A stretch of DNA of 64,000 bases from Camelus ferus (GCF_009834535.1 NC_045696.1:113090001-113154000); one strand, 5' to 3'. Counted from the first letter of the stretch, positions 1 through 12,821 are shown. The notes: a model not told the origin generated them from the letters alone. Numbers and translations are program-made.

Positions 1-109
1 CTGTCATCCGATGTCTTACAACAGAAGTTGATTTTGCCATTTTCTCCTCATCTTTCCTTTCTGCAGTTGTTCCCCAATGCAGAACTCCCTGTGATGTGAT
101 GGAAGCAGG

Positions 110-250
110 GTATGCAGTAAAAGGCGCTTTGAAGCCAGTAGAGACCTGAATTCAAGCCTCAGCTCCACCAGTCACCAGCTAGCTGGCTGATGCATTGCTG
201 AAGCCCTCACATCCTCTTTTGCAAAATGCGAATACAGCCTCCTCCTGGCA
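110..250 (+). mobile_element. MIR SINE fragment (old)
   Basis: gacctgaattcaagcctcagctccacc...ttgcaaaatgcgaata resembles the MIR core (GGGTTCGAATCCCGGCTCTGCCAC...TGTAAAATGGGGATA). Confidence 0.6.
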
Positions 251-480
251 GAGTCATGATAATTAAGTCAGATGTTGTTGCATGGAAAGGGTCCACTAGC
301 GCCTCACCCGGCAGACACGATGATGTCTCTTCCTTCTCCTTTTTTATTTTTGAATTGAAAAACTGTGGTTTATTTTTTACATTCAACAATTTTTTTTTTT
401 TACAATTTACTATACACAAGGTATAGTAATAGGTGTTTATAGAGGTCGTTCCTATAGTTTGAAATTACACAGATTATGGC

Positions 481-706
481 TTTTTTTAAAACATTTTTTT
501 ATTGAGTCATTTTACAATGTTGTGTCAAATTCCAGTGTACAGCATGATTTTTCAGTTATACATGAACATACATATATTCATTGTCACATTCTTTTTCGCT
601 GTGAGCTACCACAAGATCTTGTGTATATTTTCCTGTGCTATACAGTATAATCTTGTTTATCTACTCTGCATATGCCTGTCAGTATCTACAAATTTCGAAC
701 TCCCTC
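481..706 (-). mobile_element. L1 3' end, 5'-truncated, camelid/cetartiodactyl type
   Basis: Poly-T then ttattgagtcattttacaatgttgtgtcaaattccagtgtacagc...gtttatctactctgcatatg. Closely similar to the copy at 41067-41495. Confidence 0.85.
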
Positions 707-2139
707 TCCTTCTTTCCCCTCTGCTCCCTGCACCAGCATTCATGTGTGTCAGCCAGTGCGCTTGTCTTTATAGGGTTACGATGCGTGGAAAGTGATAGTG
801 ACATGATATTGACAACACACCATATATTCCACAACCAATACAGGACTGCTATTCATAGTCTGATCTGTCCCTCTGAACCTCTCCTGACTCCACCTAAAAA
901 TGCAACAGTTAAATGAGGGGGTTTCTGAGCTACAGTCCAGGTCTAAAATGCTGTCCCACCAAATGAAGGAAGTCACTCCTGCACATACAAAATGAGAAGA
1001 GGAAATGCTCGAACACTGTAAGTTCAGGTGTACATGAATTGTCTGTTTTCTTGGCCATTGCCAGGGAAACAGTGCAGCTAAGGTGGCCGCCAGCAGTGTG
1101 TCAAATCACAGCTTTCACTGCCTTCTGTGGTAAAGGACATCCATAGATGAAGAAAGGAAACAAGACACGACTTGGTCTAAACAGTTTATTTCATTTTTGT
1201 GGATAGTTCAGTTGATGATGGTAGTGGCACCATAGAGCATTTTCGACTTTTCCTCAACCTTTCTGTCCCCTCCTTCTAGGAAGCTATAGCATCGTATCTA
1301 ATCTTCTTTGGTTTATACCTAATGTTAATTTTTCTGCTTGTCTTATTCATGATATGCTGTGTCTAAAGGATAAAAGCTATTCTACCTTTGACTTAGCTTA
1401 CAGGAATTGTACACATTAAATTAGATAATATATAGAAATGATTTTATAAATTATAAAGCAGCTGCCTATGTTAAACATTATTATTGTCTCAGAGCAGGGA
1501 TCCACAGAGCAAATCTAGCTCTCCACCTGTTTCTGTGCTGAGGCTACTCTAGTCCCTGTAAGGATTTTGGCGTAAGGTAGGTCTCGTGTTTAACTCCCCG
1601 ACCTGTACTGAGCCCCAGGCTTTTGCTTCTGATCCCAATGCTAGCTCAACATTTCGCCCCACGGCAAGTGCAGTTCATTCATTTGCTCCCCACTCACTCT
1701 CCTTGTTTTAGTTCATCATACCCCTTCGAGGTTTTCTGCAAGCCCTGCAGAATTTCAAACATTTTGCTCATTGTAGTCAGGTTGTATTGCTGTGGGAAGT
1801 CCTTCAGAATATCTGGCAACAGTGGAAATCTTCAAAGCATGTTCCTCGCCCTAGAGTTCCTACTGCAGATGAGAAACCAGGAATTCAAGCAACGTGTCCA
1901 CTGTCTCTCAGCTCTAAATGGCATTGCAGGACTTGAACCCGGCCCGAAGGCTGGCCTCCTGTACCACACAGTGACCTACAAGAGCAAGCCTGATGGGTGG
2001 TCTGTAGCATGAAGAAGTGAGCCTGAGGGGTGTGAATCCCAGTGTGGCTGATAAAGACCACAGGTCTCCACCCCTGGCTGCAGTTTCCAACCAAAGTGCA
2101 GTGAATCTTTGTTTAATATATAAAAGTGTTTTTACCATC

Positions 2140-2390
2140 CCTTCCTCTGAGTTGACCAGGTCTTTAACCACCGCTCTGACCTCTTCCCATGTGTGAACGC
2201 TCTCTGCCTCCTCAGGCTCATTGCTGAGTTCTGCCTGGACCCCTTCCAGTGGTTCTGGAACAGTGCCATGTTCTTTCCAATAAGCTGAAAGTTCTTTGAA
2301 GGTGAGGATGCTACCATTGTATCCTCAGCCCGCAGCTCACTTCCTGGCGAACAATCAGGGCTCAGTACACATTCGTTGAAGGAATTGTGA
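2140..2390 (+). mobile_element. L2 LINE fragment
   Basis: ttctttgaaggtgaggatgctaccattgtatcctcagccc...ctcagtacacattcgttgaagga matches the L2 3' region. Confidence 0.55.
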
Positions 2391-3035
2391 ACGCGCCCTC
2401 TGTTCTGTAAATGCTGGCGAGCATTGTTTAGAAGGGGAGCTGGGGAATAGTCACAGAAAAAAATGGATATGAAACTAAAGACCTGATGAACGCCAACACA
2501 AATACCTTAACTCTAGATTCTTTAAACAGAGTAAATGTGCTTCCAGGAAGTAGAGAGACTGACAGGGTGGTGGGCAAAGACGAGGGTGATGGAAGTGAGC
2601 AGCAGAGGTTGGTCTCAGCCTCACTCCATTGCTGCCAGCTGGGCATGACTTTCCCCAAGCTCGGAGGTGAAGGGGAAGTGGAAAGGGAACTCTGGCTTGC
2701 TCCAGCTCGCCTCGGTCTGGTCTAGATTGGCCCTTCTGTCTAAGTCACCAGGAGGGAGATAATGGTCACAGTTAGGACGAGTGAAGGGTGCTTGTTCTAC
2801 AGGGACTGAGGCAGCTGTGACTCAAGCATGACTGATAGAGTTACGTTCCACTGACACCTCGTGTGCACCTCTGCTGCCAAAAACTAGAACTGGATAGAGT
2901 TGTCTTTAAGGGCTAATCTCTGCATTGACTGACGCATCTGGATTAGCGTGAAACACTGTAGGTATGATCTGGTGTTCCAAGAACTGTTCCAATTTTAAAT
3001 GTTTCCTCCCGTTTTATTTAAGTATACCTATACTT

Positions 3036-3186
3036 TTTTATGTATGTGTGTATGTATGTATTTTACTTTCTTTCGGTGGGGGGAGGTAATTAGATTTCTT
3101 TATTTTTAGAGGAGGTACTGAGGATTGAACCCAGGATCTCCTGCACGCTAAGCATGCGCCTTACCACTTGAGCTGTACCCTCCCCC
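3036..3186 (-). mobile_element. tRNA-Ala-derived camelid SINE (vic-1 type)
   Basis: Reverse complement reads gggggagggtacagctcaagtggtaaggcgcatgcttagcgtgcaggagatcctgggttcaatcctcagtacctcc, then an A-rich tail with ctaattacctcccc. Imperfect 17-bp TSD: taagtatacctatactt (3019-3035) / taaatatacctaaactt (3191-3207). Confidence 0.9.
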
Positions 3187-4666
3187 ATCCTAAATATACC
3201 TAAACTTGTTAGTCACATTTTGATCTTCAGTTTGGAAAAGGCAATAGTAGATTTCAATACGCAACTAATATATACCCAGCCCAACTGAAGAATGTTGGAA
3301 GTAGCCAATTAAACAAATAACTCTGACCTTCCAAATGCATTAGACAGGCTTTTAGCCAATAAAGGTGGTTGAGGTCAAAATACCCTTTCTTAGAACTTAT
3401 TTCCTGCTCTTCTAGGTTCATTAAATGTGACAAAAGCACTTTAAGTTTCTTTATATTGCTTTGCCAGTACATTGAGATTATTGATGAGTAGAAAAATGTA
3501 CTCAATGATTTTGTCAATCTCATGAACTCCCAGAAGCCATGTAAAAATGTTTGGTCACTAAGGAAGGAAATATAAGGCATAAGAAATAGAAGGTGTGTCA
3601 TTAGATGAGACTTCCATGAAGTAATTGTATCGTGCACTATTTAAGCTCTTAAAGTTCAAACTCTTAAAAATACAATTAATGTTTTTAAGAAGATCAGATT
3701 AATGTTTCTAGCTGACAAAGACAATCATATGATAACTGATCACCTTGTTTACAATGGCCGTATTTCTTTGTGATTCCCATTTATAAATATGACAATTCAA
3801 GGATTTGCTCTTTACCAAGTACCTTATCTTGATAAGATAAACCACCCTGGCATCTTTTCAGGCAGTTATTAAAGTTGCTGAAGCAGTTCTGGTTGGTTGA
3901 AAAGCTTTGGTTTGTTTTTGTAAAGTCCAGGGACACAGAGTTGGCTGGAGACTCTGTGGCATCCATCGCTTCCTCTCCGCGGGCTGTCAGCTCCCGAATG
4001 TGGGCAGACCGAGCGCCTGTTTCTGCCCTGGGCCTGTCGCTGCCCACTCCTGTGCGCCTCAAGTTCGCAGGGGTGACCTTGACGCCAGGGCTCCTTGCTG
4101 GAACCGTGCCCTTTTTCCAGTAACTCTTGGTGAAGAAGGCAGGAAATCATGCTCCTGGATTAAAAAATGGTCAGGCTAATCATGTGGCAAATAGCTGATT
4201 ATTCTTATAAACACAGGGCTTGGAAATATGTCTTCTAAATGAGGTGGTTTACCCTTAACATGCTGGAGACAGAGAACCCTCCACTTCCGGCATATTCTGT
4301 GCACATCTGGAAATAAGATACCAGGGTGATAAAATCAGAAAAATAAATGCCCTTTCTGGTATGGAAAGTACGGACATAGACGATTACATACCATTGAGCC
4401 TTTGTCTTACTGCAAGGCAATAGCGATGTAATTTGCTTGTTTGTTATTTCTCTGAAGCAACAGGAACATTTCTTTAAAAATACAAAATATCTCCACAGGG
4501 TTTTTCAAGGCCTCCTTTTCTCAGGGGTTTGTCATAAAATGTATAACCTGCAGTGGCTGATTTCTCTTAATTGCTTATCTTCATCCTTGTAATTTTTCAT
4601 GTGAACACTCTCAGTAGCCCTTGCCCTAGGGAGCACTGTAAGTCACGTCAGATTGTTATGTCTACA

Positions 4667-4782
4667 GGGGGAGGGGATAGGTCGCTGGTAGAGCACATGC
4701 TTAGCATGCACGACGTCCTGGGTTCCATCCCCAGTACTTCCATTACAAAATAAATAAATTGACCTAATTACCACCCCCCAAA
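4667..4782 (+). mobile_element. tRNA-Ala-derived camelid SINE (vic-1 type)
   Basis: gggggaggggataggtcgctggtagagcacatgcttagcatgcacgacgtcctgggttccatccccagtac plus tail. Perfect 12-bp TSD attgttatgtct (4652-4663 / 4783-4794). Confidence 0.92.
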
Positions 4783-4829
4783 ATTGTTATGTCTTATTTC
4801 AGGCAGGTGACCAAACAGAAAGATTTGGG

Positions 4830-5030
4830 GCTCTAGAATTGGAAGCAGGTTTGGATTCTGATTTGCTTTCTAACTAGGTAATACGGAACATGTTATTTAA
4901 CCTTTTCAAACCTCAGTTTTCTCATCTGTAAAATGGAGCTAACAACATCTGCTTCATAGGATCATTGTAAGGACTAGAAATAACTTGTGGGAAGTTCATT
5001 CCTAAAGCCTCGTACTGAATGTTAACTATT
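4830..5030 (+). mobile_element. MIR SINE
   Basis: cctcagttttctcatctgtaaaatggagctaacaacatctgcttcataggatcattgtaagga is the MIR core. Confidence 0.8.
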
Positions 5031-6529
5031 TTTGAAGTTGAAATGGGAAGTCCCTGACACATAGCAGACATTTAGAAAAGGTTATTTCCTTCCATCCTGA
5101 GGCACTACGTTATCTTGCTTAGTTGGGCTCCATCAAGTCATCACTCCAGTAACATATCAGATGACTGAGGATGCTGGTGGGAACACTTCACCGTAGCTGA
5201 TCTTTGGTGTGTGTCTGTTCACGTGTTACTCGTGCTCGCCGTTACCATTTCCAAAACTTCCCTCTATCCCCCGATTCATTTTTTCTACTAACATACGCAT
5301 TTCGAATACTGGCTTGCCAAGTATCCCTAAATAAATGAACATTTGCATTAAGAGTGCAAGCACTGAACCCCGTATCTGTTTTGTTTCAATAAGGCTTAGG
5401 TGGGATTTTCATGTTTGCAATCCAAGCAGTCATTCTGGTTACATGGGTTCAATCTTCTGCTACTTCCTGGCTCCATCCATTCTTAGTAACAAAGTAGACA
5501 GTTAGGGATTTATATAAGGAATGAAAAATAATCTCAATTGTTTAAGGGTATTTATGTATATTAGAAGGCAGAATGATGCCACATTGTCCTAATTTCTTTG
5601 TTCTTAGCATAGAAGTTCAGACTTTTCTGCTTGCAAAACACACACATGATTTTTCTAGAAATTCTATAATTCCTCACTTGAAATTAGTGAGCTTAAAATG
5701 TCAAGTCACCAGTTTATTTCCTGTCTTTGAATTCTGTTAGAAACTTAAGGAACAGCTCATCCATCTAGTTCATCACTTATTGGCCAAAAGGTGTTTTCTG
5801 TGTGTACATCTTTTTTGCAGACAATTTTCAAAAAGTGCTTGAAAACTTCTTTTTGTTTCCTCTTCTCTTCCTTGAACTTCACTTTTTGTTTTGAGCAAAC
5901 TCCATAGAAATGAATGCCTCATGCACTAAGTACTTTGACCCACTGAAAGCTCAGCCTCAAGTAGATTGCTTAATGTTTACCAAGTGTCCCCAAGGATTCA
6001 GGCACATGCAGCCACCTCGGGCGTCCTGTGTTTGGCACGAGTTGGATTCTATCCAATTTATTCTTGGATGAAGGCGTATTAGAGTGGTCTTCAAGGCTGA
6101 GTGAACGTGCCTTCTGCAGAATCCTTTAAGACCCCTGAGGACACATTTGCATGACATGTGTTAATTTCCTACAGTGTCACTAGACTCACATTCCTGCAGC
6201 TGGCTCATACTGGATGAAATTCTTAAGCAATTTAAGGTTCAAAGTGGCCCTTGGCTTACCCACCCCATGGAAACATGATTTACTTCCCACCACTATATTA
6301 CTTTGGAAGATCCAACTTCTCAACAAGTGGTCGTTCAAGAAACAGCTTCAGCCGCTCTAAAAATTAAGAATGACCCTAACCATAGGGAACGAGAATAGTC
6401 TTTCCTTCTCTCACCAGCTTCCAGTGATTGCCAACTGCACCAAATACGGCTCCACTTACGGATGTTAATCATTGCGTTTATTACTTCCTCCAAAAGGCCC
6501 AAAACTGTAAAAATAACAACACACTAGGC

Positions 6530-7360
6530 CATGAATTATTATGAGCTTTGGTGTCAAATGGCCCTAGGTTCACATCTTCTTTCTAACGCTTTCTCGTTCG
6601 TGATCTTGGGCAAAAGCAACCTCTTTCACCTTCCTACGTTTGTGAAAACAGAATAATCATAGTACCTCTCTTTTAGGATTGTTATGAGGAATCACTTCAT
6701 TCACTTCTTCACTCTAAACATATTTACTGAGTCCCAATTACGGGCCTAGCATTTATCGAGGCGCTGGGGATACAGCAGTGAAAACAAAAGAAGAAAACTT
6801 CTGCTTTCATGAAACTTCCCTTCTAGCAGATCAAAGACAATTAAAAAAAAGTCAATAAGTAAAGTTCTGGATGTTAGAAGGTGGTTAGTGCTATGGAGAG
6901 AAGAAAGAAGAAAGGGGGAGTGAGAGTGGGGAGACGCAACTTTAAGCAGGTTGGTCTGAGAAGAGCTCACTAAGAAGATGGCAGGAACGATGTATGTGAT
7001 ATCTGGAGAAAAGGTTCCTAACGGAGGGGCCCATGGTGCAAAGGCGTCGTGTCTGAGAATAGCTGGCATTGCTTGAAGCTGGATGAAATGGATGGAGAGG
7101 GAAGACCAGGAGGTGAGGTCCGAGAGCTGAGGAGTAGAGGGGGAGGTAGGCAGCTGATGGATGTGGGGCTTTGCAGGCTGTGGAAGGGACCTTGCCCCCT
7201 ACGCTGAGTAAATTGCGAATTTTAAGAAGAGAGCGAGATCTGACTTGTCTTTTAAAAGAGTCTCTGTGGCCGTCGTGTTGAGGGTAAATGAGACGTAACG
7301 GGGGAGGCATTTAGCACAGTGCATGGCTCATCGTGAGCGGCTGGTAATTGACAGCTGCTG
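6530..7360 (+). mobile_element. MIR SINE split by an L2 insertion
   Basis: The 5' part ends at taggattgttatgagga (~6690). The MIR resumes at gagggtaaatgagac...ttagcacagtgcatggctcatcgtgagc (~7280-7350). Confidence 0.7.
6693..7275 (-). mobile_element. L2 LINE 3' fragment
   Basis: cattcacttcttcactctaaacatatttactgag...gcgctggggatacagcagtgaaaac followed by the typical purine-rich L2 body. Confidence 0.85.
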
Positions 7361-8379
7361 CGATTATGGCGATGGTGGTATCTTCCTCCTCCTCATCACT
7401 CAACTCGATGCTGGCGCTGCCTCTGGCTCCGTAGTGACCATGAGACAAACACAAAAATGTGGGCTATTAGTACTAGAATTGGGGCCCTCTGCCATCTCGC
7501 ACCCAAGTCGAATCAGCAAAAAGTGCTGGTGCCAGCAAATCCAACACCTTGAACATTTCTCTCAACATTGTGGGCTCCGTGGTCCAAGCCCCCAGTACTT
7601 CAGCCTCCTTGTTGCAGCTTCAGTAGAAGCCCTGCCGTTTATTATCCAAGCAAACAAATCCAGACAGAGGGAGCCACGGGCGGGGTGGACAGCAATGGAA
7701 AACTTTTCTTCTGGCTGTGGTATTTCCTTTGCACACCTTTATTTCTGGTCCCGGCTTCTCTTCTTGGGTCTCTTTTCCTTGGTTTTGCTTCATCATGAGA
7801 CGGTGCTCCGGCAGTGGGTGGAAATCGTGCCTCATGGTGACACAGCGCCTTTCTTTCCAGAACCACAAAGTGCCTCCTGCCCCCTCTTGTTGTCACACAT
7901 TCCCCGGTTCTGTTGGCACATCTCGGCACTGCTAGAACACAAAATTAGGCACAAATTATTATTCTCCAAAAGGCTCAGCAGTCTCCAGTTCAGATGTGTA
8001 TTATGTGCGGAAACAATATAGTGACTCTTTTTGAAGCTAGGATGGTTATGCAATGATGATGGCATTTTTGTTTTCATGGCAGCAGTAGGGGTGGCATTTA
8101 TGATCCTCAGGCTTTGAGGGGGTCATGGTTCCCCAGTGAATGACTTTCCGTCTATTGAACTTCCTATATCCCTGCACAGGCACACACAGACATACAGGCA
8201 CTCACAGGAGCAGCCTGCAGGCATGGATTATTTTCCTTGCACACAAGTTTTCCGAAAATCTAAATTTGTTGACATTATAAAATCTGGGTTTTAAGGTTCA
8301 TCTTCAAAAATGAGAACATTTGGCACTCCTCCACCCAAACTTCTCCATAGCAACCATCAGCTGGAGCTGCAGGAGCCAA

Positions 8380-8990
8380 CCCAGTGGTGCTCAACCTTGA
8401 CTACACAATAGAATCACGAGGCACCTTGTCAGAAATACTGATGCCCAAGCCCCTGCAGCAGACCAGTTAAAGCACCATTTTCAGTAACAGCAAAAGCAGC
8501 GAATATTTACTGAGTGCATATTTTGTGCAAGAAATTACCCTGGAAAGAGAGCTGACATATAAAATACATTCGTGTTGGGGGCATAGACCATGTATAAAGA
8601 TGATAATAAGCAAGCAAGCAAGATATAAGATGTGCTTAGTCCCAAGTGAGCCGTGTCAAGCCATGGTTCTCACTGGGCTGCAGGTTAGGACCCCCTGGGG
8701 AGCTTTGAAAACTCCGATGCCCAGGTTGCACCCCAGACCAATCAAACTGGAATTGTGACGGGGGAAAGGAACTCAGGCATCAGTATTTTTCATAGCTCTC
8801 CGTGGGATTCCATGTGCAGGAATATTGTGGGGGTGTGGTGCTTCTCAAACTTTAAGGTGAGTCTGCATCACCTGGGGGTCTTGTTAAAATGCGGCTCTCG
8901 ATGCAGTAGGTCTGGTTAGTGCTGCATTTCAAACAAGCTCCCAGGTGATGGTGATGCTGTTGAAAGGGGGGCCGCATTGTTTATGGCGAG
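8380..8990. mobile_element. Cluster of MER5-family (hAT-Charlie) MITEs
   Basis: Three MER5A/B-like units: cagtggtgctcaaccttgactacacaatagaatcac; ggttctcactgggctgcaggttaggacc; tgcttctcaaactttaagg...aacaagctcccaggtgatg. Confidence 0.75.
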
Positions 8991-9724
8991 GTTGTGGGAA
9001 TAGCTCTGCTACATTTCAGCTCTGTGATGCTTGGACAATTCAGTGAATCACTCTGAGCAGCAATGTTGTCGGCTCTAAAATGGGCTTACCAGTTCCCACC
9101 CTTGAAGTTAGGGTTAAATGCAATCATAAACCTGTATAAATTACCCACACGGTGAGTATTCAGTAAATGTTGCTGAAATTTAGAAGAAAAGAGGACCAGG
9201 AAAGTACATGGGGAATTACTGGGTCATGTCTTTAGGGGTCTTTGGAATAAGGCCATGGACCAGTAGAAGGAAGAGTCAGCTCTGATGTTCTTTGTAACGA
9301 GTGGTTGAATCTCACAATTCATCCTCAAGACGTTTACTTTTCATTTTAATTCCCTTTCCAACTTTATGCGAGATTGGTGCCAAATAGCACGTTTTAAAAA
9401 ATTGACAAATTAGAGTTGACATTCTCTGCTCCTGCCACCCTCGGGTAGTGGGCCACCAGCAAGCTGCACAGCGGGTATAGGGGTGGGGAGCAGAAAGAGT
9501 GGACGGAGAAAGCCAGTGTCAGGTGAAGAACATGGCGGTCCCCTGGTACCTGGCAAAGAATGCAACTCAACTGACACTTTCATTTCAAAAATTAATTCCT
9601 TTCCAGTTCTGAATCATGTCAATGTTTCCAGAGGCAGAAGTGGAAGAAAAATTGTAGAAAAGTCACAAGTAATTAAACTAATTAGAAAGCCGCCCAGTTT
9701 TCTTCTAACGGAAGGTATGGAAGT

Positions 9725-10075
9725 TTTAAAACATGGCCCCAATTCCTTGACCTTCTCCTAGCAAAAGTAGGGTGGGGTGGGGATCTATGTCCCCTTCCCC
9801 TGAAGTTGGTGGGCATGTGGGCACTTTGACCAATAACATACTGGAGAAGGGGCACTATGACTTCTGAGGCCACGCAGCTGCCCTCTTGTTCTCTGGACAC
9901 TTGCTCTTGGGTCCTAAGCCGCTATCTAAGGAGTCTGACTCCCCTGAAGCTGGCACATGAGAGAGGCCACATCTAGGGTCTCGCGAGATAATCCCAGCAG
10001 AGCCCAGCCTTCCTGGCATCCCTGCCGAGGTGGCATGCCCAGGGGGGGAGCTGTCGTCCTTCCACTGAAGACAAT
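9725..10075 (+). mobile_element. MLT1 (ERVL-MaLR) LTR fragment
   Basis: atggccccaattccttgac...tgtccccttcccctgaag...ctttgaccaataacat...atgacttctgaggc...cccagccttcc. Confidence 0.7.
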
Positions 10076-10349
10076 TGCGTTTCATTTGTGTATATCAAGG
10101 AATTCAGGAGAGCATCAAAAACATTCAGGAGTCAAGAGTTCTTGTATTGATGTCATCTCCTTCTAAATTAATCCATAAAATAACCTGATCTCAAGAAAAT
10201 AGTGAGATAATTTTTTGGACGGAGGCTTGACTGGCTCTGTGGCTTCTGACATTCTTATGAAAAAAATAACTGCATGAGAATTGACAGGAAATTTCTGGTG
10301 GAAAGAGGACAAAGAGATGTTAAAAATCACCATAATGCAAGGGGAATGA

Positions 10350-10905
10350 AGATGAATTAGTACAAACACCGGAAGAGATGGGACAAATTAGCAGAGCAGG
10401 ATAGAAATCAGATATAACGTAAACATTTATGGGAATTTGGTATATGATAAAGATGGTATTCAGAGCAATGAGAAAAGGATGAATTGTTCTTTAATTAATG
10501 TTGGACCAACCGGCTGACTATTTGGGAAAAAATAACAAAGCTGATTACATAGCCACTACCTATGCCAAAATAAATTCCAAATGAATCAAAGATTCCAACA
10601 TAAAAACAAACCATGAACGTACCAGACAAGTTTTTAAAAATAACTCTGGTGTATATAGAGCCTTTCTAAGCAAGACTTAAAACTCTAAAGCTATAAAAGA
10701 CAGACAGGTTATGTTCGAGTAGATAATAAACATTTCTTTACAGCAAAAAGAATACCATTAACAACGCTGAATAGCAAATAGCACCATGCTGGGACCGACA
10801 TTAGTAAGACAAACGAAAAACAAAGACTTATTTAATGACTAGCTAAAGAGCTCTTATGAGTCAATAAGAAAAAGACCACTAACCCAATAGTAAAAAATGC
10901 AAAGC
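10350..10905 (+). mobile_element. Old L1 (L1M) ORF2 3' region, degenerate
   Basis: atttggtatatgataaagatgg, aaaataaattccaaatgaatcaaagat and aagaaaaagaccactaacccaatag are L1 ORF2 C-terminal region hallmarks. Confidence 0.75.
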
Positions 10906-11085
10906 ATTCATTCATCGATTCATTAAGTATTTCCTGGGCACCTGCCGAAAGCCAGACATTGTTCTCTAGTAGCAGATACAGATGACAGAAAATGAACAAG
11001 CAAATGCATTCTGTTTCAGGTGGTGATAAATGCCACAGAGGAAACAAAAGCAAGGTGAGGGGACAAAGGATGATGAGGAGTGGCC
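10906..11085 (-). mobile_element. L2 3' end
   Basis: cattcattcatcgattcattaagtatttcctgggcacctgccgaaagccagacattgttct. Confidence 0.75.
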
Positions 11086-11693
11086 GCTAATGTAGGAGGT
11101 TTTCAGAAAAAGAAGAGACGTATATGGGAAGATGCTAGGCAGTTAAAATCCACTTAACTAGCACAGTCTTGCTTGTGTTAAAGAACAGCGAACAACCTAA
11201 AAGTACATTATTAGAGGAGTGTTTAGTACAGCATACATGGAGAAAGTACGAGGGAACACTGCGTAACCCATTTAGAAGAAGGAAGGACATTTGAATATAT
11301 CAATATGAAAGAAGAAAGTTCAAACCAAGAGCCAAACAAAATGAGCCAGATAGATTAGCCTATGATCCTTCTTCTACGAAAAAAAAAAGAAAAAAAAGCA
11401 GACAAATGTCTTTGCGTGTGTGTGCAAGGAATGTTTCTGGGAGGATGAGTCAGGTCTAGCGATGGCGGCCAGCTTAGGGAGGCTCACTCTCCATGGTATT
11501 TTTTAAGCTACACGTAGGTTTTATATCTGTTCTAACAATAAAAGCGACAAGGGTTCCAGCACTGGCACAATGCCAAGACTGAGAAATGACTTCACCCTTC
11601 TGTTCCTCCCTCCCTCAACTATGAAAAGAGGAATTTGAATGCCGTTATGCCTAAACATTCCTTTTTTTTTCTTTCAGGTCGTAGAAACAAATC

Positions 11694-12058
11694 TTATTTT
11701 TTTTAATTTAGTTTTTATTTTTGTATTGAAGTATGATCTGTTTACAGTGTTGTGTTAATTTCTGGTGCACGGCATCATGTTTCAGTCGTCCATTTACATA
11801 CACATATCCCATTTCATACTCCTTCTCATTATAGGTTTCTACAAGGTATTGAATATAGTGCCCTGTGCTGTAGTAGGTCCTTGTTGTTTATCTGGTTTTG
11901 TGAGGATTCTTCTTGTATTTCAGATGAAAGAGATACTCTAGCCAAAGTGCAGTTGGGCTTCTATGTGAATCGTTCCATGTGTAGGTGTAGTTTTGGGTGA
12001 ATTCGTGGGAGAAGGTGAACTGTGCGTCCTTCTGCTCCACCATCTTGGAAATCTCCCC
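11694..12058 (-). mobile_element. Bipartite L1: 5'UTR start (~12058-11892) fused to 3' end (~11891-11694)
   Basis: Minus strand begins ggggagatttccaagatggtggagcagaaggacgcacagttcaccttctcccac (L1 5' terminus with a CAAGATGG YY1-type motif). It continues directly into ataaacaacaaggacctactacagcacagggcactatattcaatac...atacttcaatac plus A-tail (L1 3' end). Confidence 0.75.
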
Positions 12059-12821
12059 TAAACGTCCCCTTAGGTACTGAGATTTCAAGCCTGAGATATT
12101 GCCGTTCTTCTGTGTACTGTTTTCTACCAAAGGAAAAAGAAAATGGAAAAGCAATGAGGGGGAACACGAAAGACTGAATTGATTCGGGACTAAAAGCCCA
12201 TTTTCTTTACTTTATCCTTCAGGTCGGGTCCCCCAAACCCAGGAAGAGCCTTATGTTTTGGTTACATTCTTGGCGGGGGGGTCACTGAAATTAACAGCTC
12301 GTGCTGACATTTTGAAAAACAGAAACTGTCCTATATTGTCAAAGGATCATTTACTCTGTCTCCACATTTCTTTACTCCATCTCCTGACAAGAAGTGTTTT
12401 AGGACAGTGGCCGTCGGAGCCTGTCTTTGCCGTGAGGACTCTGACATGAGCACAGGATGAGAAAAGCTTTCAAGAACTTTCATGGTGGTTTGTTCCTGTT
12501 TGCATATTCAAGTGACACCGTCATATCTAACTCAGCCCTTCTAATGACTTTGACCATGAATTCACATTGGGTTGGATTTTTATTGCTAATGTCACCTTAA
12601 AATGCTGGGATCAGAGCTTTTTAACTGCATAAGGGTTCAAGGTGTTGATAGAGTCGCAAAAATGTCTTTTAAGAATTTATTTACCTGAGCAGTCCCAGTA
12701 GCCGAGAGGTGCTTGAAAAGCAAGTAAGAAAGGACTCCCTTTTATACATCCCTCCGGAAGGGGTGGGTGGACACAGAGGGACTTTGGTGGACAAATGGCC
12801 ACCATTTCTGGAGTCCTGAAG

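Noticed and set aside
1914..2317. Minus-strand peptide ...RAVVKDLVNSEEGMVKTL..., superficially like a RhoGEF DH-domain helix
   Set aside because: It overlaps an L2 remnant, has no convincing exon chain, and the neighbouring sequence has stops. Chance resemblance.
3781..4179. Overlapping ~80-95 aa ORFs on both strands in a GC-richer patch
   Set aside because: Open frames on both strands reflect base composition. No recognisable domain or paired splice sites.
7323..8021. 232-aa plus-strand ORF
   Set aside because: It starts inside a MIR tail, has no recognisable protein features, and its composition looks like non-coding translation.
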